Assembly (NCBI GenBank): GCA_965197405.1
Contig: OZ240206.1
Location: forward strand, 1,820,920-1,884,919
Direction of reading: 5' to 3'
Source of the DNA: Dehalococcoidia bacterium
GTDB lineage: Bacteria; Chloroflexota; Dehalococcoidia; Lucifugimonadales; JAGWBF01
DNA length: 64,000 nucleotides
The notes below the pieces were generated by a model that ran no database searches, had not been told where the DNA came from, and saw nothing but the letters and a program-made list of their open reading frames with translations. Both the position numbers and the translations under genes were made by a program. Of this stretch, positions 50,595 through 59,784 are shown piece by piece. Numbering within the stretch: position 1 is the stretch's first letter; every line of letters starts with the position of its first letter.

Positions 50595-53132
50595 ATGAAA
50601 GGCACAGAGCATAAGGACGTCCGGCAGCTACACCTGCCGGTGGAAGGGATGACCTGCGCCGCCTGTGTAGCCCACGTCGAAGGCGCATTGAAGGAGGTCC
50701 GGGGCGTATCCTCGGTAAAGGTCAACCTGGCCACCGAGAAGGCTTTCCTGGAGCTGGATTCCGGCGCATCGCCCCTGGCTGAGCTGGTCGCGGCCGTGGA
50801 TGGGGTGGGCTACGCAGTACCCGTAGAGCGGGCGGGCCTGAACATCGGGGGGATGACCTGCGCCGCCTGTGTGTCCCACGTCCAGGACGCCCTTGGAAGC
50901 GTGGAAGGGGTCCTCTCCGTTAACGTGAACCTGGCTACGGAAAAAGCCGTCGTGGAGCACGTGCCGGGCGTCGCCTCTCTGCAAGACTTCCGGGAAGCCG
51001 TAGACGAGGCGGGCTATAGTGTCGAGGGCCTGGCCGACAAGGAATACGGCCAGAAGGAGGAGTTGGAACGCCTGGCCAGAGTGAAGGAAACGAGGACCCT
51101 CCGCAACAAGTTCGCCTTCGCCGCCGTTCTGGGTGCGGTCCTCTTCCTGGGCAGCTTCGACGGGTTCCCCTGGGTGTCTACCCTGATGGGCCGGACTTAC
51201 TACCCCTTCCTGCTGTGGGCACTGGCGACCCCGGTGCAGTTCTGGGCGGGGCGCATGTTCTACACCTCCGGCCTCGGCGCGCTGAGACACGGGGCGGCCA
51301 ACATGCACACCCTCATAGCCCTCGGCACCAGCGTAGCCTACTTCTACAGCGTGGCCGTCGTGCTCATCCGCACCTTCTCCCCTGAGACACTATCGGCCGG
51401 TGGGATAGGGGTCTCCGTATACTTCGACACCTCGGCAATCATCATCGCCCTCATACTCTTGGGGCGGTTCCTGGAAGCCCGCGCCAAGGGTCGTACCTCC
51501 GAGGCCATACGCCGCCTCATGGAGCTGAGGCCCGGCACCGCAAGGGTGGTCCGCGACGGCGAGGAGGTGGACCTGCCCGTTGACATGATAGCGTCCGGCG
51601 AGGTTATCGTCATGCGGCCCGGCGAAAAAGTGCCCGTGGACGGAGAGGTAATCCGGGGATACTCCACCATAGATGAGTCCATGCTGACGGGCGAGAGTAT
51701 GCCGGTGGAGAAGACCGTAGGCTCCCCCGTGTATGGGGCCACCACCAACAGGACTGGCGCGTTCCGGTTCCGGGCCACCAGGGTGGGCAAAGACACCGTT
51801 CTTGCCCAGATCATAGGGCTGGTTGAGGAGGCCCAGGGCTCTAGGGCCCCTATCCAGCGCCTGGCAGACGTGGTGTCCGCCTACTTTGTGCCCTCGGTCC
51901 TGGCGCTCTCGGTGGCAGCCCTCCTCTTCTGGCTCTTCCTGGGGCCGGAGCCTGCCCTGACCTACGGCCTCCTGGTCCTGGTGGCGGTGCTGATAATCGC
52001 CTGTCCCTGCGCCCTGGGGCTGGCCACTCCCACCGCCATCATGGTGGGCACCGGCATGGGAGCCGAGAAGGGAGTGCTCATCCGCAGCGCGGAGGCCCTG
52101 GAGATAGCCCACAAGACCGACGTGGTCGTCCTGGATAAAACGGGGACCCTTACCCTTGGCCGGCCCTCGGTAACGGACCTGATTCCCCTCTCAGGCAGTG
52201 AAGACGGACTCCTGAAGCTGGCGGCTTCCGCCGAGCTAGGCTCGGAGCACCCGCTGGGTGAGGCCATCGTGAGGCTGGCCCAGGAGCGCGGTATGAGCCT
52301 GGAAGAAGCGGAGGCTTTCGAGGCAATACCCGGCCGGGGAGTCCAGGCCACGGTGAGCGGCCGCACCGTTATTCTGGGCAACAGGGCGCTGATGGAGATG
52401 AAGGGCCTATACTTGGATGGCTTACCGGATGGCCTGGACAACGCGGCGAAGGGCCTGTCCGCCCAGGGAAAGACCCCCATGTACGTAGCCTCCGACGGGA
52501 AGATGCTGGGAGCCATCGCCGTATCCGACACCCTCAAGCCCGAAGCTGCGGAGGTGGTGTCCCGGCTCCACGACATGGGCTTGGAGGTCGTCATCCTGAC
52601 CGGCGACGGCCAAAGCGTTGCCGAGGCTGTAGCCAGGCAGGTGGGTGCAGACCGGGTTGTCGCTCAAGTGCTGCCACAGAGCAAGACCGACGCGGTAAAA
52701 GACCTCCAACGGCAGGGCAAGGTGGTCGCCATGGTGGGTGACGGCATCAACGATGCGCCCGCCCTGACCCAGGCGGACATAGGCATCGCTATGGGCACCG
52801 GCACCGACGTGGCTATGGAGTCGGCGGACATTACCCTTATGCGAGGAGACCTCAAGGGCGTGCCCACCGCCTTCCAACTCAGCCGCAGCACCATACGCAC
52901 GATAAAGCAAAACCTCTTTTGGGCCTTCTTCTACAACGTGGCCCTCATACCGGTGGCCGCCGGAGTGCTCTACCCCCTATTCGCGAACCTGGGAGGCGTC
53001 CCCTCCGGGTTGCACTTCTTCTTCGGCGACCTGGGCTTTCTAAACCCGGTGCTGGCGGCCCTGGCCATGGCCCTAAGCTCTGTAACCGTGGTAAGCAACT
53101 CCCTCAGACTGAGGGGGTTGAAGCTGACCTAG
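50595..53132 (+). CDS. copA: Copper-translocating P1B ATPase
   Basis: Two GMTCAAC domains, [31 protein letters not shown] and MALSS. Confidence 0.95.
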   Translation: MKGTEHKDVRQLHLPVEGMTCAACVAHVEGALKEVRGVSSVKVNLATEKAFLELDSGASPLAELVAAVDGVGYAVPVERAGLNIGGMTCAACVSHVQDALGSVEGVLSVNVNLATEKAVVEHVPGVASLQDFREAVDEAGYSVEGLADKEYGQKEELERLARVKETRTLRNKFAFAAVLGAVLFLGSFDGFPWVSTLMGRTYYPFLLWALATPVQFWAGRMFYTSGLGALRHGAANMHTLIALGTSVAYFYSVAVVLIRTFSPETLSAGGIGVSVYFDTSAIIIALILLGRFLEARAKGRTSEAIRRLMELRPGTARVVRDGEEVDLPVDMIASGEVIVMRPGEKVPVDGEVIRGYSTIDESMLTGESMPVEKTVGSPVYGATTNRTGAFRFRATRVGKDTVLAQIIGLVEEAQGSRAPIQRLADVVSAYFVPSVLALSVAALLFWLFLGPEPALTYGLLVLVAVLIIACPCALGLATPTAIMVGTGMGAEKGVLIRSAEALEIAHKTDVVVLDKTGTLTLGRPSVTDLIPLSGSEDGLLKLAASAELGSEHPLGEAIVRLAQERGMSLEEAEAFEAIPGRGVQATVSGRTVILGNRALMEMKGLYLDGLPDGLDNAAKGLSAQGKTPMYVASDGKMLGAIAVSDTLKPEAAEVVSRLHDMGLEVVILTGDGQSVAEAVARQVGADRVVAQVLPQSKTDAVKDLQRQGKVVAMVGDGINDAPALTQADIGIAMGTGTDVAMESADITLMRGDLKGVPTAFQLSRSTIRTIKQNLFWAFFYNVALIPVAAGVLYPLFANLGGVPSGLHFFFGDLGFLNPVLAALAMALSSVTVVSNSLRLRGLKLT

Positions 53133-53172
53133 ACCCCATAACCTCGTACCCTAAGTCAGGAGGTACTTCATC

Positions 53173-53325
53173 ATGGCTATAGACCCGGTATGCAAGATGG
53201 AAGTGGACGAGGCCAGTCCCCCCGGAGGCAAGACCGAATACAAGGACAGGACCTACTATTTCTGTGCTCCCGGGTGCAAGAAGGTGTTCGAAAGGGACCC
53301 GGAGAAATACCTGGGCCAGAGCTAG
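53173..53325 (+). CDS. YHS-domain protein (50 aa, not in ORF track)
   Basis: MAIDPVCKMEV...YYFCAPGCKKVFERDPEKY; AGGAGG RBS. Confidence 0.88.
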   Translation: MAIDPVCKMEVDEASPPGGKTEYKDRTYYFCAPGCKKVFERDPEKYLGQS

Positions 53326-53331
53326 GACTCC

Positions 53332-53521
53332 CAGGTCGTTTCATTCCCCCTCCCTGTCGAGGCGACGCAGACGGGGACATTAGGTGAATACATGCCCCCA
53401 CCACTCGTCATTCTGAGGAGCAGAGCGACGAAGAATCTAAAATGCCTCGCAAGCAAAACGACACCCACGAAAAGGATTTTAGACCCCTCGCTTCGCTCGG
53501 GGTGACAATTAAACAACCCTG
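53332..53521. mobile_element. Family A MITE with flanking direct repeat
   Basis: Ends CAGGTCGTTTCATT / AATTAAACAACCCTG; GCTAGGACTCC at 53321-53331 and 53523-53533. Confidence 0.78.
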
Positions 53522-53617
53522 CGCTAGGACTCCATGCTGCAGTTGAAATGGGGCTACCCATTGGCTACAATGAAAACCTAGGGGAAAGCCAGGGCAATTC
53601 CCAGGAGGTGATAGCAG

Positions 53618-53857
53618 TTGGCTCAGGAAAAGACCGCGACTATCGTTCTTTACACCCACCCTGACTGTGCGTACTCAGACGCTCAGAGGGACGACTATCA
53701 GAAGATGGGTGTGGATTTTCAGGAAATAGACGTCTCACTTCATCCCGAGGCGGTTCCCGATCTGGAGCGCCTCACGGGTGGCGAGCGGATTACCCCCGTC
53801 ATAGTCGAAGATGGAGCCGTGACGGTGGGCTACCACGGTGTGGGTTGAGCCTTCTGA
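53618..53857 (+). CDS. Glutaredoxin-like protein, probable UXX-stop selenoprotein
   Basis: YTHPDCAYS, TPVIV, ...VGYHGVG-TGA-GCC-TTC-TGA with hairpin downstream. Confidence 0.7.
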
Positions 53858-53898
53858 AGCAGGGGCAGTCTGCTCCTCGTATTATCGTCTCGATTTCA

Positions 53899-53927
53899 TT
53901 GACAGCGAGCCTACGGAGGCTTAAAAT
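53899..53927 (+). promoter_or_regulatory. Putative sigma70 promoter for tRNA-Asp
   Basis: TTGACA-17 nt-TAAAAT. Confidence 0.65.
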
Positions 53928-53974
53928 CCAGGTATAGACTGGTTGCGTAGACCTATCTATCCCCGCATACTGTA

Positions 53975-54051
53975 GGACCCGTGGTGTAGTGGCCTAACAT
54001 GCAGCCCTGTCAAGGCTGAGATCGCCGGTTCGAATCCGGTCGGGTCCGCCA
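53975..54051 (+). tRNA. tRNA-Asp(GTC)
   Basis: GGACCCG acceptor stem, CAGCC-CTGTCAA-GGCTG, GTTCGAATC, CCA end. Confidence 0.95.
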
Positions 54052-54101
54052 AACTGACCTTTCAGATACAAAATTCCGCCATCTATGGTTGGGTGCCTCA
54101 A

Positions 54102-54452
54102 TCAGTCACGCGGTGGTGACTTGTGGAGCGTGACTTTTTCCTCCAACGCCTTTTTTCTCCATGTGTTTAAGATCATGCCGTCCTCTATAGATGCCAATGT
54201 GACCCGGCGGTGGAGATCAGGCCCTAAACGGAGGAGCATCTTACCCGAAAAGGGTTTCTGGGGTTCAATGCCTCGTTCTTTGCATAGAGCTAAATATTGA
54301 TCAATGGAGGTACGAAATTCGCGTTTCAGTCCTTCTACATCGGAGGCTTCAAAAGTGGCTACCGGGCTGGTCCCGGCGTTGACGACGCGCCCGTGCAACA
54401 AGTCTACAGATTCGTCATATTCGATAGCAGCGATGTAGCCCTTGTATTCCAT
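54102..54452 (-). CDS. hicB: HicB-family antitoxin
   Basis: MEYKGY...G-V...F...F--SID-YL--C---G-EP-KPFSGK--LR---LH. Confidence 0.88.
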   Translation of the reverse strand: MEYKGYIAAIEYDESVDLLHGRVVNAGTSPVATFEASDVEGLKREFRTSIDQYLALCKERGIEPQKPFSGKMLLRLGPDLHRRVTLASIEDGMILNTWRKKALEEKVTLHKSPPRD

Positions 54453-54896
54453 TATGGGATTACTCCTATTCCCGTTAAAAATCCTCTAATGTCTCTAAGA
54501 GGGTGTGTGGGAAGCAATTGCAGCCCATTCCTGTCATTCCGAACGGAGTGAGGAATCTAAAATGCTTGGGCAACAGCACGTCCAAGAAAGCAAGGATTTT
54601 AGACCCTTCGCTTCGCTCAGAGCCTGCCCCTGGCTTGAACAGGGGGTGACAGGTGACCGGTTTCGAGGACTTATTAAACACCCTCTAAGGGTGGCCCTGC
54701 CTACTTCGGGCCAGGGATGTGGCCGGTGCACGACCAGAGTTATAGATTGGGCTATGAGGTGGACCCGGGAACCCTCGGCCTCTGTGACCTCAACTCCTAC
54801 AGCCATCAGCAGGGACTCGATTTCGGCCCACCGGATGTTGGCTGGGGGCGGCCTGCTGAAGATGCTCTGTAGAGTTCGGCGGTGCCTACTCCTCAT
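54452..54896 (-). pseudogene. hicA: HicA-family toxin interrupted by a MITE
   Basis: TL--IF--P---NI-W--IE...GSRV...HRPHP; removing the insert gives ...ATLRDIRGFLTGIGVIP* with TAATG overlap to hicB. Confidence 0.88.
54499..54685. mobile_element. Family B MITE (187 bp), TAA duplication
   Basis: GAGGGTGTGTGGGAAG / CTTATTAAACACCCTC; TAA at 54496-98 and 54686-88. Confidence 0.88.
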
Positions 54897-55000
54897 GCCT
54901 CAGAGGTACTATAAACAGTACCTCTCGTCAAGCATCCCATGTGGAGATTTTTTGAGTGAAAGGCGGTCTCCGACAGCGTCGCCCTGCTCGAGTGGCGCCT

Positions 55001-55996
55001 CTACTGAGGCGCACAGGCGCGGATAACCTCCATAGCCTGCTTCTTGGCGTCCTTCCCCACCGCTCGCGGTGATATAATAGGCAGGGTGATACCCGCCCGC
55101 CGGTAGTCTTGCAGCCTCTCACGGCACTCGTCGGGCGAACCCACAATGCCAATCTTGTCAATCAGACCGGCGGGCACCAGGCTCATGGCCCGTTCTCTCT
55201 CCCCATTGGCCCACGCCTGTCGCACTGCCGCGATTTCATCCGGGAACCCGGCCTCCTCCATCAGCCTGCGATACCTGGGGAACTCGCCCGCATAGCTGGC
55301 AATGGCGAAGCGCATTCCCCTCCTGGCTTCCTCTTTTTCCTCGGACACGGTGCAGGGCAAGAGCGTCGCTACATCCACCTCTTCAGGACTCCTCCCTGCT
55401 CGCCCTGCTCCCAGGGCCACATGCTCCGCGGCGGTCCTGGCGTGCTCCACAGTGGTCCAGGTGAGTATTGTCCCCTGGGCTATTTCACCGCAAATCTCCA
55501 GCATCTTGGGGAACACTGCCGCCACATAGATGGGGATTTCCTTCCGGAGCGGCTCAAACCACAGGTCGAATCTCTCTATGTTATAGACGCTCCCCTGATA
55601 GGAGACCCCTCCATCATGCAACAGGGTGCGAACGATGTCCACGCACTCCCTCAGACGCTGCACGGGTTGGGAGAATACGAGGCCGTGCTCCGGCTCCACC
55701 TGTATTTTGTGGCTTGAGCCTACTCCCAGGATGAACCGGCCTCCCGAAAACTGGTCCACGCAGGCGGCGGCCATGGCGATGGTCGGAGCGCTGCGCACGA
55801 AGACGCTGGTGATACTCGTCCCCAGAAGGATTCTCTCGGTGGACGCGGCGCAGGCGGTCAGAGTCGAAAACTGGTCGCCGCCGTGTCCCTCGGCTACCCA
55901 GGCCGACTCGTAGCCCAGTTCCTCGGCGAGCCTCACGCACTCCACCACCTCCGCCGGCCCCAGGCCCCTTGAAAAACCTATACCGGTGCGTTCCAT
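55001..55996 (-). CDS. LLM-class flavin-dependent oxidoreductase
   Basis: AEELGYESAWVAE, ILLGTSI, SGGRFILGVG, IPIYVAA. Confidence 0.9.
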   Translation of the reverse strand: MERTGIGFSRGLGPAEVVECVRLAEELGYESAWVAEGHGGDQFSTLTACAASTERILLGTSITSVFVRSAPTIAMAAACVDQFSGGRFILGVGSSHKIQVEPEHGLVFSQPVQRLRECVDIVRTLLHDGGVSYQGSVYNIERFDLWFEPLRKEIPIYVAAVFPKMLEICGEIAQGTILTWTTVEHARTAAEHVALGAGRAGRSPEEVDVATLLPCTVSEEKEEARRGMRFAIASYAGEFPRYRRLMEEAGFPDEIAAVRQAWANGERERAMSLVPAGLIDKIGIVGSPDECRERLQDYRRAGITLPIISPRAVGKDAKKQAMEVIRACAPQ

Positions 55997-56027
55997 ATCG
56001 GCCTCCTCCGTAGTATAGACTGGTCTC

Positions 56028-56215
56028 CAGGGTCATTTAACTGTCAATCTGCGGGGCACTTCTTGGTCATTCCGAACGCAGCGAAGCGGAGTGAGGAATC
56101 TCAAATGACGCCTAACAAAAGCCGGAATCAAGGCAATACAGGCTAGGCCAAGACCGTGACCAGACAGGACTTTAGACCCCCCCGCCCCGCTCGGGGTGAC
56201 AATTGAAAGTACGCA
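56028..56215. repeat. Degenerate family A MITE
   Basis: CAGGGTCATTTAACT start, REP-like doublet, GGGGTGACAATTGAAAG; flanks GACTGGTCTC / GGCTGGTCTT. Confidence 0.6.
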
Positions 56216-56346
56216 GGCTGGTCTTCGGCAGGGCTGTAGCTGCCCCGCTGGACAAATGGCAATGTGTATAATTGCTCCGGCTAGCGAGCGGACTCCGGCC
56301 ACTTTGCCGAGGCCGTCCCATACGCTGCACATCGCTTATTCAAAAT

Positions 56347-57027
56347 TTAGGCAAAGTAGCGGATTATGGCCGTCCGGTCGTCTTCCCGGAATGTTCCGTA
56401 CCGGTCTTCCCTGCCCCTGTGCAGGCGGCGCTTTTCGCTAACAAGCTCCGCAAGGGCTGAGACGGCTTCATCCGGAGAGGCGGAACTCTGAATGAGGGCG
56501 GCAAGCTCTTCGGGAGAAACGTTGTTGACAAGCCCGTCCGTAGCCAGAATGAGCCTGTCTTTGGACTGAAGTCCCACCGATTTATACTCATAGGCCAGCT
56601 TCTCTCGCTGGCCGATCGCGCCACTGGCCAGCGAGCCGGGCAACAGGTCAAACTTCAGGATGGTGGTAAGCTCGCTCGCTTCGCCGTCGCGTACCAGGTA
56701 CACCGGGCTATCTCCCACGCTCACGACGTGCAGTTCGTCTCCCACCCTCAGCGCGGCGGAGACGGTGGTGAGGGGGTTGCGCCTTCTGCTCTTCTCGAAA
56801 AGGGTGTCGTTCGCCCGCTCGAGGGCAGCTATCAGGTCGCTCAGCCCCTCTATCGGGGCGTCCTGAAGGACCTGCGCCGTGAAGCTGCTAGCATACCCTC
56901 CTTCGGAATGGGTCACCCCATCCAGGACGGCATCCAGAGAGCCATCGCCGCCCAGCGCCCTTGTCAGGAAAGTGTCCTCTCCGTGGGCCGAGTTATCATG
57001 GAATGAAGCTACAGGGCTATTGTTCAT
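56347..57027 (-). CDS. PP2C/PPM-type protein phosphatase
   Basis: GED, AVLDGV, VGDSPVY, LILATDGL, EDDRT. Confidence 0.85.
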   Translation of the reverse strand: MNNSPVASFHDNSAHGEDTFLTRALGGDGSLDAVLDGVTHSEGGYASSFTAQVLQDAPIEGLSDLIAALERANDTLFEKSRRRNPLTTVSAALRVGDELHVVSVGDSPVYLVRDGEASELTTILKFDLLPGSLASGAIGQREKLAYEYKSVGLQSKDRLILATDGLVNNVSPEELAALIQSSASPDEAVSALAELVSEKRRLHRGREDRYGTFREDDRTAIIRYFA

Positions 57028-57040
57028 GGCCGCGTTGCCG

Positions 57041-58105
57041 TCAGCTTGCAGTATCTCTATTTATATTATTTCTATACGGGGCCAGGTCCGAGTCCGGGTT
57101 AAAAAGGAACTTCGTCCAGTAGCCCTCTGAGAGCTTCTTCAAGGCCTGTCCCCATGTACGGGTCAGGCTGTCAATGTCCGGATGAGTCTTGTTCCTTTCT
57201 TCCAGCAGACCCAGGTAGCTGTCAAAGTCCCGCGTAAAATCCTCAAAGGATGAGTAGGAGCGGTCCCGGATTTTTTGCAGAGTTGCGATGGCGGCCTCTT
57301 TAAGCCCCGGGTCCTGTACGCCGGAGAAGCTACGAATCATTACGTCAAGCTGCTGTTGGAAGTTCGGTATGCTCCTCATCCCGGACGGCTCGCCGTACCC
57401 GGCGACATTGGAAGGCGGGCTGTCCGGGGCGGTATAAAACTTGAACACCTCCGCGAAGAAGTCGTGGACATCCTTTGGCTGGTCCCCCATGCTCGCCCTG
57501 CCCTGGGCAGCCGGGCCTTGGGTGGGAATAGTGCCGATGTCAATTACCGTTATCCTGCCTTCTCCGGGGTCGAAATATACGTTCTGGGGCCTCATGTCCA
57601 GCAAAAGATGCCCCGCTTTGTAAAAGGCCTCCTCCACCTCCATAAGCTGACGGTGGACGGCAAAGCGGCCCCCCTGGGGATGGGGGACCAGGGGATGAAG
57701 GGCGAACAGGTTCTGACCGAGGCCTATAGGGACCCCTTTGAACTTGTCCCTGATGTCGCTCACCAGGGGCAAGCCCCTTGCCCTGTCCGCGACCAGGACA
57801 CGGTAGCTCTCGTTTAGTGAATCGCCAAAGTAGTCGCCGTGCCGGGCGACATCCGTGTAACCCACCAGGTGGGCCACGCAAGCGAGGGAGTCGCCTATGG
57901 CGTTGTGCACATCTATGAGCTGCTCGGAGACCTGGTCAACGCCGTGGTGCAGCTTCCTGGCTATGTAGTCGGGATTTGGCCTCTTGATGACCACCGGCTT
58001 TCCCGTGTGACCGTCCGTCGCGGCGTATGCCTCGTAGTCAGACCCCGACCCCAACAGGCCCTCCAGCTTGAATCTTTCTAGCTCGACTGTAGCCATACGC
58101 GTCAA
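57041..58105 (-). CDS. Atypical soluble protein kinase-like protein
   Basis: LGSGS-Y--Y, VVIK, LLDMRPQN, VIDIG align with Hanks subdomains I, II, VIb, VII. Confidence 0.72.
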   Translation of the reverse strand: MTRMATVELERFKLEGLLGSGSDYEAYAATDGHTGKPVVIKRPNPDYIARKLHHGVDQVSEQLIDVHNAIGDSLACVAHLVGYTDVARHGDYFGDSLNESYRVLVADRARGLPLVSDIRDKFKGVPIGLGQNLFALHPLVPHPQGGRFAVHRQLMEVEEAFYKAGHLLLDMRPQNVYFDPGEGRITVIDIGTIPTQGPAAQGRASMGDQPKDVHDFFAEVFKFYTAPDSPPSNVAGYGEPSGMRSIPNFQQQLDVMIRSFSGVQDPGLKEAAIATLQKIRDRSYSSFEDFTRDFDSYLGLLEERNKTHPDIDSLTRTWGQALKKLSEGYWTKFLFNPDSDLAPYRNNINRDTAS

Positions 58106-58157
58106 TCTCTGTTCCTAATCCCTCCAGAGTCCTTCAATTTTTCTCTGGCTGGCTATT

Positions 58158-59777
58158 TCAAGGTATTAGTCCACTGGCCTTGAGGTTAGCGATCGCCTCC
58201 TCCCGGTATTCGAATAACAAATCGTTAACGGCATCCACCTCTTCCCCGAGGTACACTCGGATCCAGTCCCGCAACAAGAGCCGCGTGTCATCACTCAGCA
58301 TCACCGGCATATGTTCCAGAAGGTCCTTATGCACCACCTGAATCCGGTCGAGACGAACAAACCCTTCTCTTATCTGGCTGCCACTGACTGCCGGCAGGTA
58401 AAAAAGCCGCCAGTATACGTACCCCTTGACCCGCTCTATAAAAGTCTGGCTATACGCCAACTTGGTCTCGTCACCGCCGAAGGAATACACCGTGGCAATC
58501 AGAAAGCATTCGTCATGCCTTCTGCGTGAGTCCGTCCACTCGACAACGGACCTGGACATGAGGATGACGGGGCGTCTTTTGGCTCGAACAATTACTGCGC
58601 GCTCATCCGAGCGAATCCCCAATGTGTGATTGGGGTCCTGTGGAGTATCGAACTCACCCGGTTGGCGCATTTGTTCAATCCGGTATTCATAATCGGCGAG
58701 AGCCTGGCTGTAACTACTTCTCACCAGTAAGGGTCGCGAATCACCAAACAAGAACAGGGAAGGCGCCCAGAAGAATTGGCCTACTAAGTAACTATCTCAA
58801 ATTAGCGAGGCTCCATAGGCGGCGGTACCAGATAAGGGCGCAAGCCAATTGAAGCAGGCCCAGGTAATTGGTGGGCTTCTTATCGTAGCGCACCAGTATC
58901 GCCCGGCACTTGGACAGCCAGCCCAGGGTGCGTTCCACCACCCACCGCCGGGCCGGGTGGGTTTTCTCGCCCGATTGGTCCAATTTCTCTTCGCCAATAC
59001 GCCGGATATGAGGCTGGTATCCGGCGTCGGCGACGGTCACGTGGCCGGTGGGATTGTCATACCCCTTGTCCAGGCACAGGTTTTGGACCCCTTCCGGCCG
59101 GTCCACCACTATGCTCTCCAGCGTCGGCCTAAGGAGTTTCGTATCGTGGACATTGGCTCCGGCCACCACCACGCTCAGTGGCCCGCCGGCCGCGTCGACC
59201 AGGATGCTCTTCTTGCTCCCAGCCTTGCCCCGGTCCGTGGGATTGCGTCCAATGGCGCCCCCCCAAAACGCGCTTTTCCCATGGAGCAATCGGCCGACTG
59301 CCATTCCCAGTTTACGCCGTCCAATTCCTGGCATTCTTCGATCAAGGCAGCCCAGATGCCATCCAGTACCCCACGCTCTACCCAACGCTGGAAGGTCCGG
59401 TGGATGGTGCTGTCATCCCCCAGTTCCTTGGGCAAGTGGTTCCATTGGCAGGAACTGCGCATACGGAAGATGACCCCTTCCAGCATCTTGCGCTGGTCCA
59501 CCCTTTTGCGCCCCTTCGCCTTGGGCGGGTCCAACTCCAAAATCACGGGTTCGATTCGCTCCCACAGGCCATCGGATATTTCCCATATCGTTGGCAGAGT
59601 CTCGCTCTTTCCCATCATCCACCACCACATGCGTTTCCCCTATCTTAACCGAACCCCCTACGTTTTCTCCCTTTCAGACCAATCCTATTTTGAGATAGTT
59701 TCTAAGTATAACTGTTCCAGGACCGGACCCTGGCTCATCCTCGTATAGTATTCGTCAGCCGACAAGACGCCAATCAA
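58158..59777 (-). pseudogene. PemK/MazF-like gene interrupted by IS5
   Basis: Removing the IS and one TAA joins (M)IGVLSADEYYTR...LYLVGQFFWAPSLFL in frame to FGDSRP...AKRRPVILMS...RLDRIQVV. Confidence 0.7.
58788..59702 (-). mobile_element. IS5-family element, near-identical inverted copy of 5894-6808
   Basis: Same 915-bp length and TIRs; TAA at 58785-87 and 59703-05. Confidence 0.93.
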
Positions 59778-59784
59778 GGCTGGA

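Noticed and set aside
53190-53387. 65-aa ORF from the track
   Set aside because: Wrong frame; the YHS ORF at 53173-53325 has the RBS and motif
4726-56215. Palindromic repeats as a CRISPR array
   Set aside because: They are dispersed doublets with no regular repeat-spacer period, and no cas genes are present
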